Part shown: positions 42,060 through 51,911 of the stretch, one piece after another | Layout of the letters: each line of letters opens with the position of its first letter | Position numbering within the stretch: the first letter of the stretch is position 1 | From: Treponema sp. | GTDB taxonomy: Bacteria > Spirochaetota > Spirochaetia > Treponematales > Breznakiellaceae | Direction of reading: 5' to 3' | Length of the DNA stretch: 64,000 nt | Assembly (NCBI GenBank): GCA_009787835.1 | Contig: WQSN01000008.1 | Coordinates: 2,308-66,307, forward strand | Translations under genes and position numbers: made by a program | The notes under the pieces: generated by a model | Databases searched by the model: none | Seen by the model: only the letters and a program-made list of their open reading frames with translations | What the model was told of the DNA's origin: nothing

Positions 42060-43413
42060 AACTAATATTTACTGCAAAATTGATAAAATGTCGAGATACT
42101 TCTCGCCGCGAATCGATTTATTTATAATTCTTTCAGTTCTGATACTGATGCTCTCTCACATTATAACCAATTTTATTATTTTAAATATGTCAGGCTCTGA
42201 TCATGATATCAAAAGTAAAAAGACTGAAATTTTTCTTTCCGCGCGCAGTGAAGAATTGTTCGGCAGGGAATTGACAGAAGCGCTGCTTTTGGAATTTGAG
42301 GGAAAAAATCCGGATCTAAAGCTCGTTATCCTGAACGGATCGGATAAAAGGGAGCCTGCGCCATCTCCTGATATTTTATTTTTTGATGAAGGTGAAATCA
42401 GTGAATTGGCTGCCTCAGGCGCGCTTCTTTCCCTGGAATCATATTTTAATCAGGAGAGAAACCCCGGTAACTTCGCCGCGAACATAAGATTTGATAATCC
42501 TCGTGATGTTCGCAAGACCGGAATGGATTTGTTTACGGTGCCTTTGGTTTCATTCATTGATTTGCTTTTTTATAATATTGAGCTTATAACCGCGGCCGGT
42601 TTTGATCGTCCGCCCAAAACGAGAGAGGAATTTTTAAGATTCGCAAAGGCTGTATCAGCGGGAAGCGCCAGCGGCGCGGCATTGGGATTAAGTTCGCAGG
42701 ACAGGCAGGCGGTATCCAGGGATATTTTTTCATGGATTTGGGCGTCCGGCGGTGATTTCTGGGCAATTGATAATTCTCACGGAGGGCAGAAACCGGTAAT
42801 TAACACAAGGGCCATGATAAGGGATATCGCTTTTCTGGGCAGCCTTAACGGAGAAGGAGCGCTTGCGCCGGTAAGTTTTGGCGTAACAGGCGGTCAGCGA
42901 CTGGAAGAGTTCGCGCAGGGAAAGATCGCGCTTTTAATTGCTTCAAGCCGCGCCATCCCGCGTCTCAGGGAAAAAATGGGCGATAATGTATTTGGCATTA
43001 CTACAATTCCGGACTCAGGATATGGGGGAAAATACAATCTGGGCCTCTGCGGTTTATATGCCGGTATCAGCGCGGATTGCGAATATCCTGATGAAGCGTG
43101 GAATTTTCTCTCCTTCCTCGCGGAACAGATCCCGCATCTTTGCGCGCAATTATACGCGGTTCCCGGAATTGTCTCCGGCTTTTTTTCCGGAGACTTTAAT
43201 TATATGCAGGACGATCCCTTTTATTCCAAAGCGCGCGATATTTTTGAATCATCAGAAATAGTTTATGGATTTTCAAAAACAGCCGGAGCTGCTGATTATG
43301 AAAAAATAGTTCTGGAAGAAATACGGGAATATTTTGATAGAAACCTTACAGCGGAACAAACTGCGGCGGCGATTCAAAGACGATGGGATGATGTGCCGGT
43401 CAGGAACAGGTAG
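42034..43413 (+). CDS. Orphan family-1 extracellular solute-binding protein (start uncertain)
   Basis: PDI.F, VPLV...LLFYN.EL...AGFDRPPKT.EEF, FAQGKIA. Confidence 0.8.
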   Translation: MNLLGKETITNIYCKIDKMSRYFSPRIDLFIILSVLILMLSHIITNFIILNMSGSDHDIKSKKTEIFLSARSEELFGRELTEALLLEFEGKNPDLKLVILNGSDKREPAPSPDILFFDEGEISELAASGALLSLESYFNQERNPGNFAANIRFDNPRDVRKTGMDLFTVPLVSFIDLLFYNIELITAAGFDRPPKTREEFLRFAKAVSAGSASGAALGLSSQDRQAVSRDIFSWIWASGGDFWAIDNSHGGQKPVINTRAMIRDIAFLGSLNGEGALAPVSFGVTGGQRLEEFAQGKIALLIASSRAIPRLREKMGDNVFGITTIPDSGYGGKYNLGLCGLYAGISADCEYPDEAWNFLSFLAEQIPHLCAQLYAVPGIVSGFFSGDFNYMQDDPFYSKARDIFESSEIVYGFSKTAGAADYEKIVLEEIREYFDRNLTAEQTAAAIQRRWDDVPVRNR

Positions 43414-43439
43414 CGTTTGTTTATAATATTTATTTTTAC

Positions 43440-43468
43440 TTGACAAGTAACATTATTTTATATAATAT
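43440..43468 (+). promoter_or_regulatory. sigma70 promoter, probably giving a leaderless transcript
   Basis: TTGACA-N17-TAATAT ending 8 nt before ATG 43477; no SD sequence. Confidence 0.6.
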
Positions 43469-43476
43469 GCCTTATT

Positions 43477-43995
43477 ATGACTGAAACAAAGAAAGATTTA
43501 AGCTCCAATCTGCCGCTGCGCGAAAGGCCAATTGATATTTTCTTTATGGCGATCTTTTCGCTCTTTATTATTACTTCCTGTATCGCCGATATGGTTCCGA
43601 CTTTGGGTATTGATTTTAATCAGCCTTCATCAAACCCAATTGTAAACGCCAATTATTGGTATGCTCATGATACAGATCCGCTTTTTCAAAATCCGCCGGT
43701 ATGGATGCGCATAGTTACAGGGCTCTCCGCTTTTTTATATATGGGTTTTTATATCATTTTGGTCATTTCACTTTGGCGGGGCTGGAACCGTATCCAGCTT
43801 TTCGCTGTTATTTACGCGACCATGATTGCATCCATTACAGGTATTATTGTGTTTGGCGTGGAATTTTTCGGTGAACCTGAATGGAGAACTCCCAATCCTG
43901 CAAAATTCCTGTCTTTTAATTTACCGTATGTGCTTCTGCCGCTGCTTCTTTTAATTCGCATGCGTAAGCCCATGCCGTTTACAAGAAAATTTTAA
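43477..43995 (+). CDS. EXPERA-domain (EBP/TMEM97/TM6SF-like) membrane protein
   Basis: Four TMs; IAD, DPLFQNPPVW, and NLPYVLLP motifs typical of the family. Confidence 0.75.
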   Translation: MTETKKDLSSNLPLRERPIDIFFMAIFSLFIITSCIADMVPTLGIDFNQPSSNPIVNANYWYAHDTDPLFQNPPVWMRIVTGLSAFLYMGFYIILVISLWRGWNRIQLFAVIYATMIASITGIIVFGVEFFGEPEWRTPNPAKFLSFNLPYVLLPLLLLIRMRKPMPFTRKF

Positions 43996-44010
43996 CAGAT
44001 AAATTTTTAA

Positions 44011-44709
44011 TTGGTGATGCATTTCAATATGGTGAAGCCGCAGCCTGCTCCGGAGATTTTTCCTTTCTTTTCCGTAAAAGAAGATAATGTAAGCGCTGTA
44101 CTGCACGGCATTGGCGCACTGGGAGCAGCGGCAGGTCTTATTTTGTTTGTGTTAAATTCATGCGGTTACTGGGACGGATTGTGGAAAGGCGGTTTAATAC
44201 TTGTCAGCTTGATCATCTTTACCGCGACCATGATTACGCTGTTTCTTTCTTCCACTCTTTATCACGCAGTCAAGGATTTGAAAAAAAAATTTAAACTGCG
44301 TGATCTTGATCACATGTCAATTTATATTTTTATCGCAGGAGCGTATACGCCTTTTTGCCTGATTGGTTTGAAAGGCGCCTGGGGCTGGACATTGTGCGCA
44401 ATCGAATGGGTACTGGCTCTGATAGGCGTAATACTATATACGATGGACTACAAGGCTCTTAAAAAACATGAAGTCGCCGTTAAGCTTGTCATGGGCTGGA
44501 TAGTTCTGGCCGCATGGGTTCCCTTACGCAGAAGCATACCTGATATTAGTTTTATTTTGCTGATTGGCGGCGGCATTGTATATTCCCTTGGAACGGTTGT
44601 ATTTCATAAAAAGGACATTTTAATGAACCACGCAATATGGCATATCTTTGTTCTCGGCGGCGCGCTGTGCCATTGGTTAGCTGTTTGGTATATACTTGCA
44701 TCCGCATAA
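44011..44709 (+). CDS. Hemolysin III / PAQR (TrhA-like) membrane protein
   Basis: HGIG, SSTLYH, DHMSIYIFIAGAYTP, HAIWHIFV..GA.CH. Confidence 0.92.
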   Translation: MVMHFNMVKPQPAPEIFPFFSVKEDNVSAVLHGIGALGAAAGLILFVLNSCGYWDGLWKGGLILVSLIIFTATMITLFLSSTLYHAVKDLKKKFKLRDLDHMSIYIFIAGAYTPFCLIGLKGAWGWTLCAIEWVLALIGVILYTMDYKALKKHEVAVKLVMGWIVLAAWVPLRRSIPDISFILLIGGGIVYSLGTVVFHKKDILMNHAIWHIFVLGGALCHWLAVWYILASA

Positions 44710-44775
44710 ACAATCTCCGTTGACGGAATTAAGGTTATGGGAGTATCATAACTATTATCCAAATAAGGAGCGAAT

Positions 44776-45789
44776 ATGAGTATTATTGTTAACGGCATCA
44801 GTCTGCCGAATATTCCGTGGGAAGACAGACCTTCTTCAAGCGATCCAAAAAAAGAACTGATGTGGCGGTACACTAAAAATCCGATCATACCAAGGGATTT
44901 AACCTTGCGTTCCAACAGTATTTTTAACAGCGCAGTCGTCCCCTTTAAAGGAAAAGACGGCATCCAGTTCGCCGGCGTCTTCCGCTGCGATGATACCGCG
45001 CGCCACATGGATATTCAGGCCGGGAAAAGCAAAGACGGCATTAACTGGTATATTGATGATGAGCCCATAAAATTTATTAAGACCGATCCGGATCTGCCTG
45101 ATTCTGAATACAAATACGACCCAAGGGTTATTTTTATTGAAGACCGGTATTATGTAATTTGGTGTAACGGTTATCATGGTCCGTGTCTGGGGCTGGGTTA
45201 CACTTATGATTTTGAAAAATTTTATCAGATGGAAAACGCGGTCATGCCATTTAACCGAAACGGCGCGCTTTTCCCCCGAAAGATAGGAAAGAACGGATCT
45301 CGAAATTACGCCATGTACAGCCGGCCAAGCGATTCCGGGCATACGCCGTTTGGCGATATTATTTATTCTGAAAGTCCGGATTTGATTTACTGGGGGAAAC
45401 ACCGCCATGTTATGGCTCCTTGCGGCGGCTGGCAAAGCACAAAGGTTGGCGCAGGCCCCTGTCCCATTGAAACTACCGAAGGCTGGCTCCTTTTCTACCA
45501 CGGCGTGCTGACAAGCTGTAACGGTTTTGTTTACTCATTCGGCGCCGCTTTGCTCGATATTGATCAGCCATGGAAAGTGATTGCCCGTTCACGTCCTTAT
45601 ATCATCAATCCGCGTGAAATCTATGAACTTGCTGGAGATGTGCCAAATGTTACCTTCCCCTGCGCGGCGCTGGTTGATCAGGATACAGGCAGAATAGCAA
45701 TTTACTACGGCTGCGCCGATACTGTGACAGGTTTAGTCTTTGGCAAAATTGATGAAATTGTTAATTGGGTAAAATTAAATAAAATTTAA
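44776..45789 (+). CDS. GH130 beta-1,4-mannooligosaccharide phosphorylase-like
   Basis: [49 protein letters not shown]. Confidence 0.93.
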   Translation: MSIIVNGISLPNIPWEDRPSSSDPKKELMWRYTKNPIIPRDLTLRSNSIFNSAVVPFKGKDGIQFAGVFRCDDTARHMDIQAGKSKDGINWYIDDEPIKFIKTDPDLPDSEYKYDPRVIFIEDRYYVIWCNGYHGPCLGLGYTYDFEKFYQMENAVMPFNRNGALFPRKIGKNGSRNYAMYSRPSDSGHTPFGDIIYSESPDLIYWGKHRHVMAPCGGWQSTKVGAGPCPIETTEGWLLFYHGVLTSCNGFVYSFGAALLDIDQPWKVIARSRPYIINPREIYELAGDVPNVTFPCAALVDQDTGRIAIYYGCADTVTGLVFGKIDEIVNWVKLNKI

Positions 45790-45810
45790 ACGGTATTTTT
45801 ATTAACCGTA

Positions 45811-45848
45811 TAATTAGGGTCTGTCATGTGCTATACAGACCCTAATTA
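45811..45848. terminator. Perfect 14-bp hairpin between convergent genes (bidirectional terminator)
   Basis: TAATTAGGGTCTGT / ACAGACCCTAATTA. Confidence 0.7.
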
Positions 45849-46492
45849 AATTCCAGACCTATAACAAATGGAACGCTTGTGCGGGCAGGACCGCGGAATA
45901 TCCCTGTGGTCATGCCTGCCGTTATTGGCAGCGGCGCAACTCTTGGCGCTTGTTTTTCAATAGCAGTGTTTACCGCCTTGGAATTTATGTCTATACGGCC
46001 TTCGCTTCCCGCGTTAATGGTTACTTCCTGACCGCGTGTCCCTGCTAAACTTACGCTTCCATCGCTTACAAACACATGCCTTGTATCAAATTCAAAACTT
46101 GTACCGCGGACGGAAGCGACAGCGGAAGGGCTTTGCACAGACATATTGGCTTTTGTTCCTGCCGGAGGTTTCACATCTACCCGTACTCTTCCGCTCTGAA
46201 GGTTTACATTAAGCGTTTCTTCCTGATTGGATGTTCTAATCTCGGTCAGGGACAAACGGGTCAGCGGCCTTACGGTCATGGTTGAATGTCCAATCTCAAC
46301 AACTGCGAAGCTCCTGAAACTTGTCGATATTATTGTATCCTCTCTCAGCCGGTCTCCGACATTAGCTGTAACAAAGGACGCGGCTCCGGCATGTTTTACT
46401 TCCACAGTTCCCGAAATTTCCCGTATTATTCCCTGGCTGTACGCGTAAAAACCCATTAATAAAAATAAAACTGTTAAACACGCTCTTCTCAT
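45842..46492 (-). CDS. Exported stand-alone FecR-domain protein
   Basis: Signal peptide; G.VEV, GD.L...T.IST, L.SGRV, SPSAVASVRGTSF. Confidence 0.85.
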   Translation of the reverse strand: MRRACLTVLFLLMGFYAYSQGIIREISGTVEVKHAGAASFVTANVGDRLREDTIISTSFRSFAVVEIGHSTMTVRPLTRLSLTEIRTSNQEETLNVNLQSGRVRVDVKPPAGTKANMSVQSPSAVASVRGTSFEFDTRHVFVSDGSVSLAGTRGQEVTINAGSEGRIDINSKAVNTAIEKQAPRVAPLPITAGMTTGIFRGPARTSVPFVIGLEFN

Positions 46493-46507
46493 GATTTTTC
46501 CCCTTTT

Positions 46508-47758
46508 CTATAACAGTGAAAATAAAATACTTGCCTGCGCTCTCCATAATATGTTAGCGTCAGGAACCGCGTTTCCCAATGACGGCATAAATACCCCGGC
46601 TCCAAGCTTCATTTGGAAACCAGAGGATGAATTCCACATTAGCTGCCAATTAAATTCCGGCCCCAAAAAAAATCCGTCGCTGTCTACGCTGGTGAGAGGA
46701 TAATTTTTATATGTTCCCAAATCGCTGCGGATAAAATAAGTTGCGCTCAATTCCGATGATATATAATCTGATAAACCCGATATAATGTTAAATGATACAA
46801 TTGTCAGCCCGGTAAATTTCGCGTTCAGTAAATTACCCTGCGGCACTGTTGTCAATGGCAGAAACGCGCCGACAGGAATATTTTCAAAAACGCCGCTTGT
46901 ATAAATTCCCTGCAATGTTATTTTATTTTCCCTGCGTGTCGGCATCACCAAGGTAAGACCAGCTTTCGCGGCTACAGCCATTGACATGCTTTCAAAACCT
47001 TCATTTATGCCTTCATAAATGCCATTGTACTGAATAAGTTCAAAACATCCTCCAAGATCCAGAACCAGGTATTCAGACGGTATGGATACATTCATGATTA
47101 AATACTGGCTGTCAAGGCTTCCTCCCGAAAAATCAAATTGTCCTAGGAGAGAAAATTTTACATTCATATATCCGCCCACTGACGGATGATCCCAGCTCAG
47201 AGCTGCGAGTACGCGGGCGGGAGCAAAGTAGGTATTCATGAAATCGTCAAAACTATATCCTTCGCTGCAGTATTTTTCCTCGTCTTCTGTCATGGCAATC
47301 GCGGCCCTTGTTTTATAGAGATACCCGGTATACCAACCGCCCATGCTGAATGTTCCTATGCCTGTTTCAAAAGAAAGCAGCCCTCCGTCAAAATAACCGC
47401 TTGCGATAATTCCCCCCATCGGATCATTGTACTCCATGCGCCCAAGCTTGAATTCGCTTTTACTGGAACGGAAAGCCATCTCCGCCAGCAGAAGTTCGGG
47501 TACATAGAACCAAGGATCTACACGGTAAGTGAAAGAGGCCGCAATAACAAATTCACCATTGTTACCCAGCAAAGTGGAAAAATACGGAATAACAGAGCCG
47601 GAATAATCATACTTTCTGTCTTCAAACTCCATTCCATGCGCATTAAAAACCGCGCTTTGATCTATCAGAATGCCGATATCCTGCGCATGTAGAACGATGG
47701 GGGTTGCCGCCATAATGAAGATAATAAACCACCGCAGCTTAAAAAATTTCTTTCTCAT
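46508..47758 (-). CDS. Putative outer-membrane beta-barrel protein
   Basis: Signal peptide (LHA|QD), alternating aromatic/hydrophobic strands, KLGRM.Y.DP.G...G.FDG, terminal amphipathic strand. Confidence 0.6.
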   Translation of the reverse strand: MRKKFFKLRWFIIFIMAATPIVLHAQDIGILIDQSAVFNAHGMEFEDRKYDYSGSVIPYFSTLLGNNGEFVIAASFTYRVDPWFYVPELLLAEMAFRSSKSEFKLGRMEYNDPMGGIIASGYFDGGLLSFETGIGTFSMGGWYTGYLYKTRAAIAMTEDEEKYCSEGYSFDDFMNTYFAPARVLAALSWDHPSVGGYMNVKFSLLGQFDFSGGSLDSQYLIMNVSIPSEYLVLDLGGCFELIQYNGIYEGINEGFESMSMAVAAKAGLTLVMPTRRENKITLQGIYTSGVFENIPVGAFLPLTTVPQGNLLNAKFTGLTIVSFNIISGLSDYISSELSATYFIRSDLGTYKNYPLTSVDSDGFFLGPEFNWQLMWNSSSGFQMKLGAGVFMPSLGNAVPDANILWRAQASILFSLL

Positions 47759-47760
47759 GT

Positions 47761-50565
47761 TTAATTGTCTCCAGGCCTGCTGCCGCCGGTGCTGTATACA
47801 AGACCGTAATCGCCGGTAGAACCTTCGCCGTTATAAGCGCGCACCCTTATGTAAATTGTTTCGCTGGAACCGGCTGTAAATGATACAGGATAGTTCCATG
47901 CGCTGTCCCAGACCCTTGGGTTAAAAATAAATGTACCATCGCTATACCACGCGGCAACATCAATATTAAGTGATTTAGTGCTGTTACCATCATTTAAATC
48001 ATTCCACCAAAAGTTATAGTTAACGCCCGCGGTAACATTTAATGAATACCAGTCAACTTCATACGCCGCGCTTATGGCTTCATTTTTCCATACATTGTTG
48101 GCAAGCGCCGATGCCTGTCCCTGCGAAGGATCGACGTCTGGTTTATTGCCGCTTGCGTTATATGCAATGCCGTAAGTGCCGGTTGAGCCCATATTGTAAC
48201 CGTTCACCCTTATATATACCCTTCCGTTTGAATAGGCCGTATATGATGCCGGATTATCCCAGGCGCTGTCATAGCCGCTGTATAGCTGCGAACCGTCGCC
48301 AGACCACGCGCTGACAGATATGTTCATGGTTTTAAGGCTGTTGCCCTGATACGAATCATTCCACCAGAGATAATATGTCGTTCCCTGACTGACATTAAAG
48401 TAATACCAGTTCTCCCCGTTGTTTGTGACTGATGTAATTCCGCCGTTTGTCCAGGCGCCTGAGACAAGCATGGCCGCCTGACCGCCTGAAGGATCAACAA
48501 ATGGCTTACTGCCGCTGGTGTTATATGCAATGCTGAATGTGCCTGTTGAACTGTAACCTTCCGAGGCGCGCACCCTTATGCAAATGGTTGAACTGGAACT
48601 GACATTAACTGTTTTTGGAGAATTAAACGCGTATTTATCGTTAAATATCGGCTCTCCATTTTCATACCAGGCTGTTACATCGGCATATAGATTCTTAAAG
48701 TAATTGCCTTCCCACGCATGATTCCACCAAATATAGTATGTTCCCGGAGCAGCGTCTATCGAATACCAAATCTCGCCGCCGCTCGTGCTTGATGTTATTT
48801 CACCGTCTGTCCAGCCGCCTGAAGTAAGCGGGGTCCGGCTGCCGCTGATAAAATTATTTCCTGCGCTGGGTCTTGTTCCGGTATTGTTGTATACAATGCC
48901 GTATGTACCCGGCGTTGACACATAACTTGTTTGCTGAACCCTGATATAAACCGTTCCGGAATTGCCCGCGGTAAAGGAAGCGTAAGAGTTCCACGCGGTG
49001 TCACGGTTCACAAAATAAACCATAGTTTCATTGCTGTCCATTGCGGTAACCTGAACATCGAGAGTTCTTGTATAATTACCGTACGATCTTTCATTCCACC
49101 ACAGGTAATATGTCGTTCCGGCTGTAACATTTATTTCATACCAGTCAATACCGGAAGAAGCGGTGACTGAATTATCAAAATTAACCCATGTACCGGCGGC
49201 AAGAGCTGGTATGCCGGACGGAACAACCGAAGGAGCATTACCAGCATTGAGATTGATTCCTGAAACATCCTGGTTATGGGCAGGAGTATAATTCTGGAAT
49301 GAACTGACAGGTAAGGCTAGACTTTCCGTGTATTCATTTATTCCGTCAGAGAAGCGCTGATAACCGGTTACACTGTATGAAATTTCTGTAGGTCCGTCAA
49401 AAGCCTGCATTATTATGGACCAGTTATTATTGCTGCGCGGCGTGGAAAGAAGTACACTTCTGCTTTTTCCATATACACTGTCAGAAATGTTTATTTCTAT
49501 ATAAGATATCTGGCTTTGGCTGCCGCCATAGGATCCGGTTACGGTTCCGCTAAGAGTTATTACCGGAATATCGACTGTGCCAAGATTAATGGTTTTATTT
49601 ACATTTTTTAATGTTTCGGCGGTATCTATTCTTTTATAATAATAGTCCCCCCCATAAACGGCTGTAACATCAAAATAAAGAGGCACATCAGAATCAAAGG
49701 CCGGATGCACCATTGACCATGATTTATTATTATTATCAATGTAACTGAAACCTATCGGATAATTGCCGCCATCATTCATTGTCATGTAAATGTACATGTA
49801 TACTGTTTCAGGACTTCTCCCGCCGACTGTGACATTTAACGTACCGCCCAGGGTAATGACATCAATAAAATCATCATTTGTAAATGTTAACTCCGCTTTG
49901 GTTTCCAGGTTCTGGTAGATATGAATGATCTCTGACCGTCTTACATTGCGGTAACCGTCATATAACTCCACAACCATTCTGTAAAAGTTCGGAGGAAGAG
50001 ATATGGTTCCCGAAGAATTTGAACTGTAAAAATAGCGGTTTTCAATGTACGAGCTGTCATTGATTGGGTAAATATAAATATTTCCATTATTGGCCCTGGT
50101 TTCAGGATAGGTAATTAAATACGAGAGAGTCCCATACGCCGAATAGGATTCCTGTATTGCGTTTACGGTAATATTTAAGGTTCCCCTCACCCTGGACGCT
50201 ATTGTTATATCCGCGCTCCCGCGCACAACAGCGTAATCGATTCCGCTGACGGTTATATATCCTGTGGCGGTAACAGTCCATACGCCGAGAGCCAGCTCTT
50301 CTACCAATACTTCTGTTACTCCATTTTCCAGTATAATATTACCATGCGAGGAAGGATCGGCTTCCTGATGCGTGAAATATAAAATGTATCTGGCAATATC
50401 AGGATCATCAGGAATTAGGGTTCTTGCGTCTATTGCCGCTCCCTGTAATATTATTTTTAAACCGCTTTCTGCGTCATTTTGGGGGGTAAAAATATCTGAA
50501 CAGGCGGATAAAATCAACATGAAAAAAACAGGAAAAAGCGCCGCTGATAATTTCACTCTATTCAT
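47761..50565 (-). CDS. Large surface lipoprotein with four C-terminal ~115-aa beta repeats
   Basis: Lipobox LSAC; four copies of W....I......WY...V..G..Y..WWN...GN..K...V.AW...G..YIRV......G.YG..Y. Confidence 0.85.
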   Translation of the reverse strand: MNRVKLSAALFPVFFMLILSACSDIFTPQNDAESGLKIILQGAAIDARTLIPDDPDIARYILYFTHQEADPSSHGNIILENGVTEVLVEELALGVWTVTATGYITVSGIDYAVVRGSADITIASRVRGTLNITVNAIQESYSAYGTLSYLITYPETRANNGNIYIYPINDSSYIENRYFYSSNSSGTISLPPNFYRMVVELYDGYRNVRRSEIIHIYQNLETKAELTFTNDDFIDVITLGGTLNVTVGGRSPETVYMYIYMTMNDGGNYPIGFSYIDNNNKSWSMVHPAFDSDVPLYFDVTAVYGGDYYYKRIDTAETLKNVNKTINLGTVDIPVITLSGTVTGSYGGSQSQISYIEINISDSVYGKSRSVLLSTPRSNNNWSIIMQAFDGPTEISYSVTGYQRFSDGINEYTESLALPVSSFQNYTPAHNQDVSGINLNAGNAPSVVPSGIPALAAGTWVNFDNSVTASSGIDWYEINVTAGTTYYLWWNERSYGNYTRTLDVQVTAMDSNETMVYFVNRDTAWNSYASFTAGNSGTVYIRVQQTSYVSTPGTYGIVYNNTGTRPSAGNNFISGSRTPLTSGGWTDGEITSSTSGGEIWYSIDAAPGTYYIWWNHAWEGNYFKNLYADVTAWYENGEPIFNDKYAFNSPKTVNVSSSSTICIRVRASEGYSSTGTFSIAYNTSGSKPFVDPSGGQAAMLVSGAWTNGGITSVTNNGENWYYFNVSQGTTYYLWWNDSYQGNSLKTMNISVSAWSGDGSQLYSGYDSAWDNPASYTAYSNGRVYIRVNGYNMGSTGTYGIAYNASGNKPDVDPSQGQASALANNVWKNEAISAAYEVDWYSLNVTAGVNYNFWWNDLNDGNSTKSLNIDVAAWYSDGTFIFNPRVWDSAWNYPVSFTAGSSETIYIRVRAYNGEGSTGDYGLVYSTGGSRPGDN

Positions 50566-51769
50566 GATATTTAACCCTGAATATTAATTCCTTTGAGTAA
50601 GGTATGCCGTCCTTGTAAACAATTGCCAGCAATTGATGAATGCCTATTTCGTAACCTGAGTAAATCTCTATTTGAATTACATTGGTTGTTTCGCTTCTAA
50701 GCGATCCGTCCAGGTACCATTTATAAGCGGAGTCGAAATAATTCGCATTATCCTCTATGGTTACTATTAATATATCACCCCATTTAAGGTCATTTCCATT
50801 ATTCAGGGTAAGATCAATATTTTCATCTTCATTGATAAACCCGCTGAATTCTATTACTTTCGCATCGGCTGAAGAGATCTCTTCAAATACCGCGTAGACT
50901 GTGACATCCGCGTCAGGAAGAATAAAGGTATATGTATTATCAGATGCTCTTGTGAAGTTTATTCCTCCAGGATAATTTGATGTTAAACTGCCTTTTAATC
51001 TGTGGTACCCATCAGATGCCGTTACTGTCAGGGTTATAAGTTCCTGTTCTCCTTCATAACCCCCTGTAGGACTGGCGGTTACAGAGCCGTTTCCTGTTAC
51101 GTTTACAGTTACATTGTACCAGGGTGTCTCTTCAATTTCCGCGTAAATAACAATATCCGCTTTCGGCATTGTAAAAACGCGGGTATTTCCGGATCCTGCA
51201 AGGTAAACATCCGAACGATTTGTATATAAACTGCCTGATTTTATCCTGTATCCGCGGTCAAGGGTAATGGTCAGGGTTAATTGCTCGCCGTCTCCGGCTC
51301 TGTTTTGTCCAACACTTAAGGAACCGTGCCCTGTTTCCCCCGATGTTACTATGGTTATATTGTAAAATGCTTTATATAATGTTACTAAAACAAAATTGTC
51401 TTCTCCCGGCTGTAAATCCGCTGTCTGGGAACCTTTTGCGTAAATTATATCTTCATAATAAGTGTCAACGCTGATATTCCAGCGGCCGGCGGGGACAACT
51501 GCATCAATATTTTCACCGCCTTCGCTGTTTAGGATTATCTCCTGTGTTCCGTTTTTTAAAGTGATGGTATGTTCAAGCTGATTTAATATTGCATTGTTTG
51601 GCGGATATACCACCGACCTGCCGGATGCTGTATTATCGCCGTTCAGGAGTAAAATTATCCTTGCTTCATCGCCTTTCCAATGGCTTAAACAGCCTGATAA
51701 TATGAAAATGACCGGAATTAACAATGGGAATAACAGACAGGGCTTTATATTTTGAAGTGTTTTATTCAT
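50558..51769 (-). CDS. Lipoprotein with two divergent InlB-B/Ig-like repeats
   Basis: Lipobox LSGC; Y.(I/V)T....G.GS......GE...LT.T...GY....GSL...FT/I.P.AD..(I/V)YA..EE twice. Confidence 0.8.
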   Translation of the reverse strand: MNKTLQNIKPCLLFPLLIPVIFILSGCLSHWKGDEARIILLLNGDNTASGRSVVYPPNNAILNQLEHTITLKNGTQEIILNSEGGENIDAVVPAGRWNISVDTYYEDIIYAKGSQTADLQPGEDNFVLVTLYKAFYNITIVTSGETGHGSLSVGQNRAGDGEQLTLTITLDRGYRIKSGSLYTNRSDVYLAGSGNTRVFTMPKADIVIYAEIEETPWYNVTVNVTGNGSVTASPTGGYEGEQELITLTVTASDGYHRLKGSLTSNYPGGINFTRASDNTYTFILPDADVTVYAVFEEISSADAKVIEFSGFINEDENIDLTLNNGNDLKWGDILIVTIEDNANYFDSAYKWYLDGSLRSETTNVIQIEIYSGYEIGIHQLLAIVYKDGIPYSKELIFRVKYHE

Positions 51770-51787
51770 TTATATGTTCTCATTTTA

Positions 51788-51815
51788 AGTTTATTGTGTT
51801 TTTTGGAATTGTCAA
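51788..51815 (-). promoter_or_regulatory. Putative sigma70 promoter of the lipoprotein operon
   Basis: Minus strand TTGACA-N16-TAAACT. Confidence 0.45.
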
Positions 51816-51821
51816 GGCTTT

Positions 51822-51863
51822 AAGCAATGAACAGGAGATACAGAACAGGGAACAATGAAAAGC
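51822..51863 (+). repeat. Degenerate heptamer tandem repeat
   Basis: AAGCAAT GAACAGG AGATACA GAACAGG GAACAAT GAAAAGC. Confidence 0.55.
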
Positions 51864-51911
51864 GGGTAAATTTACTCGGATTAGTCGGTTAAAAATGAAA
51901 AAAGCGTAGTT

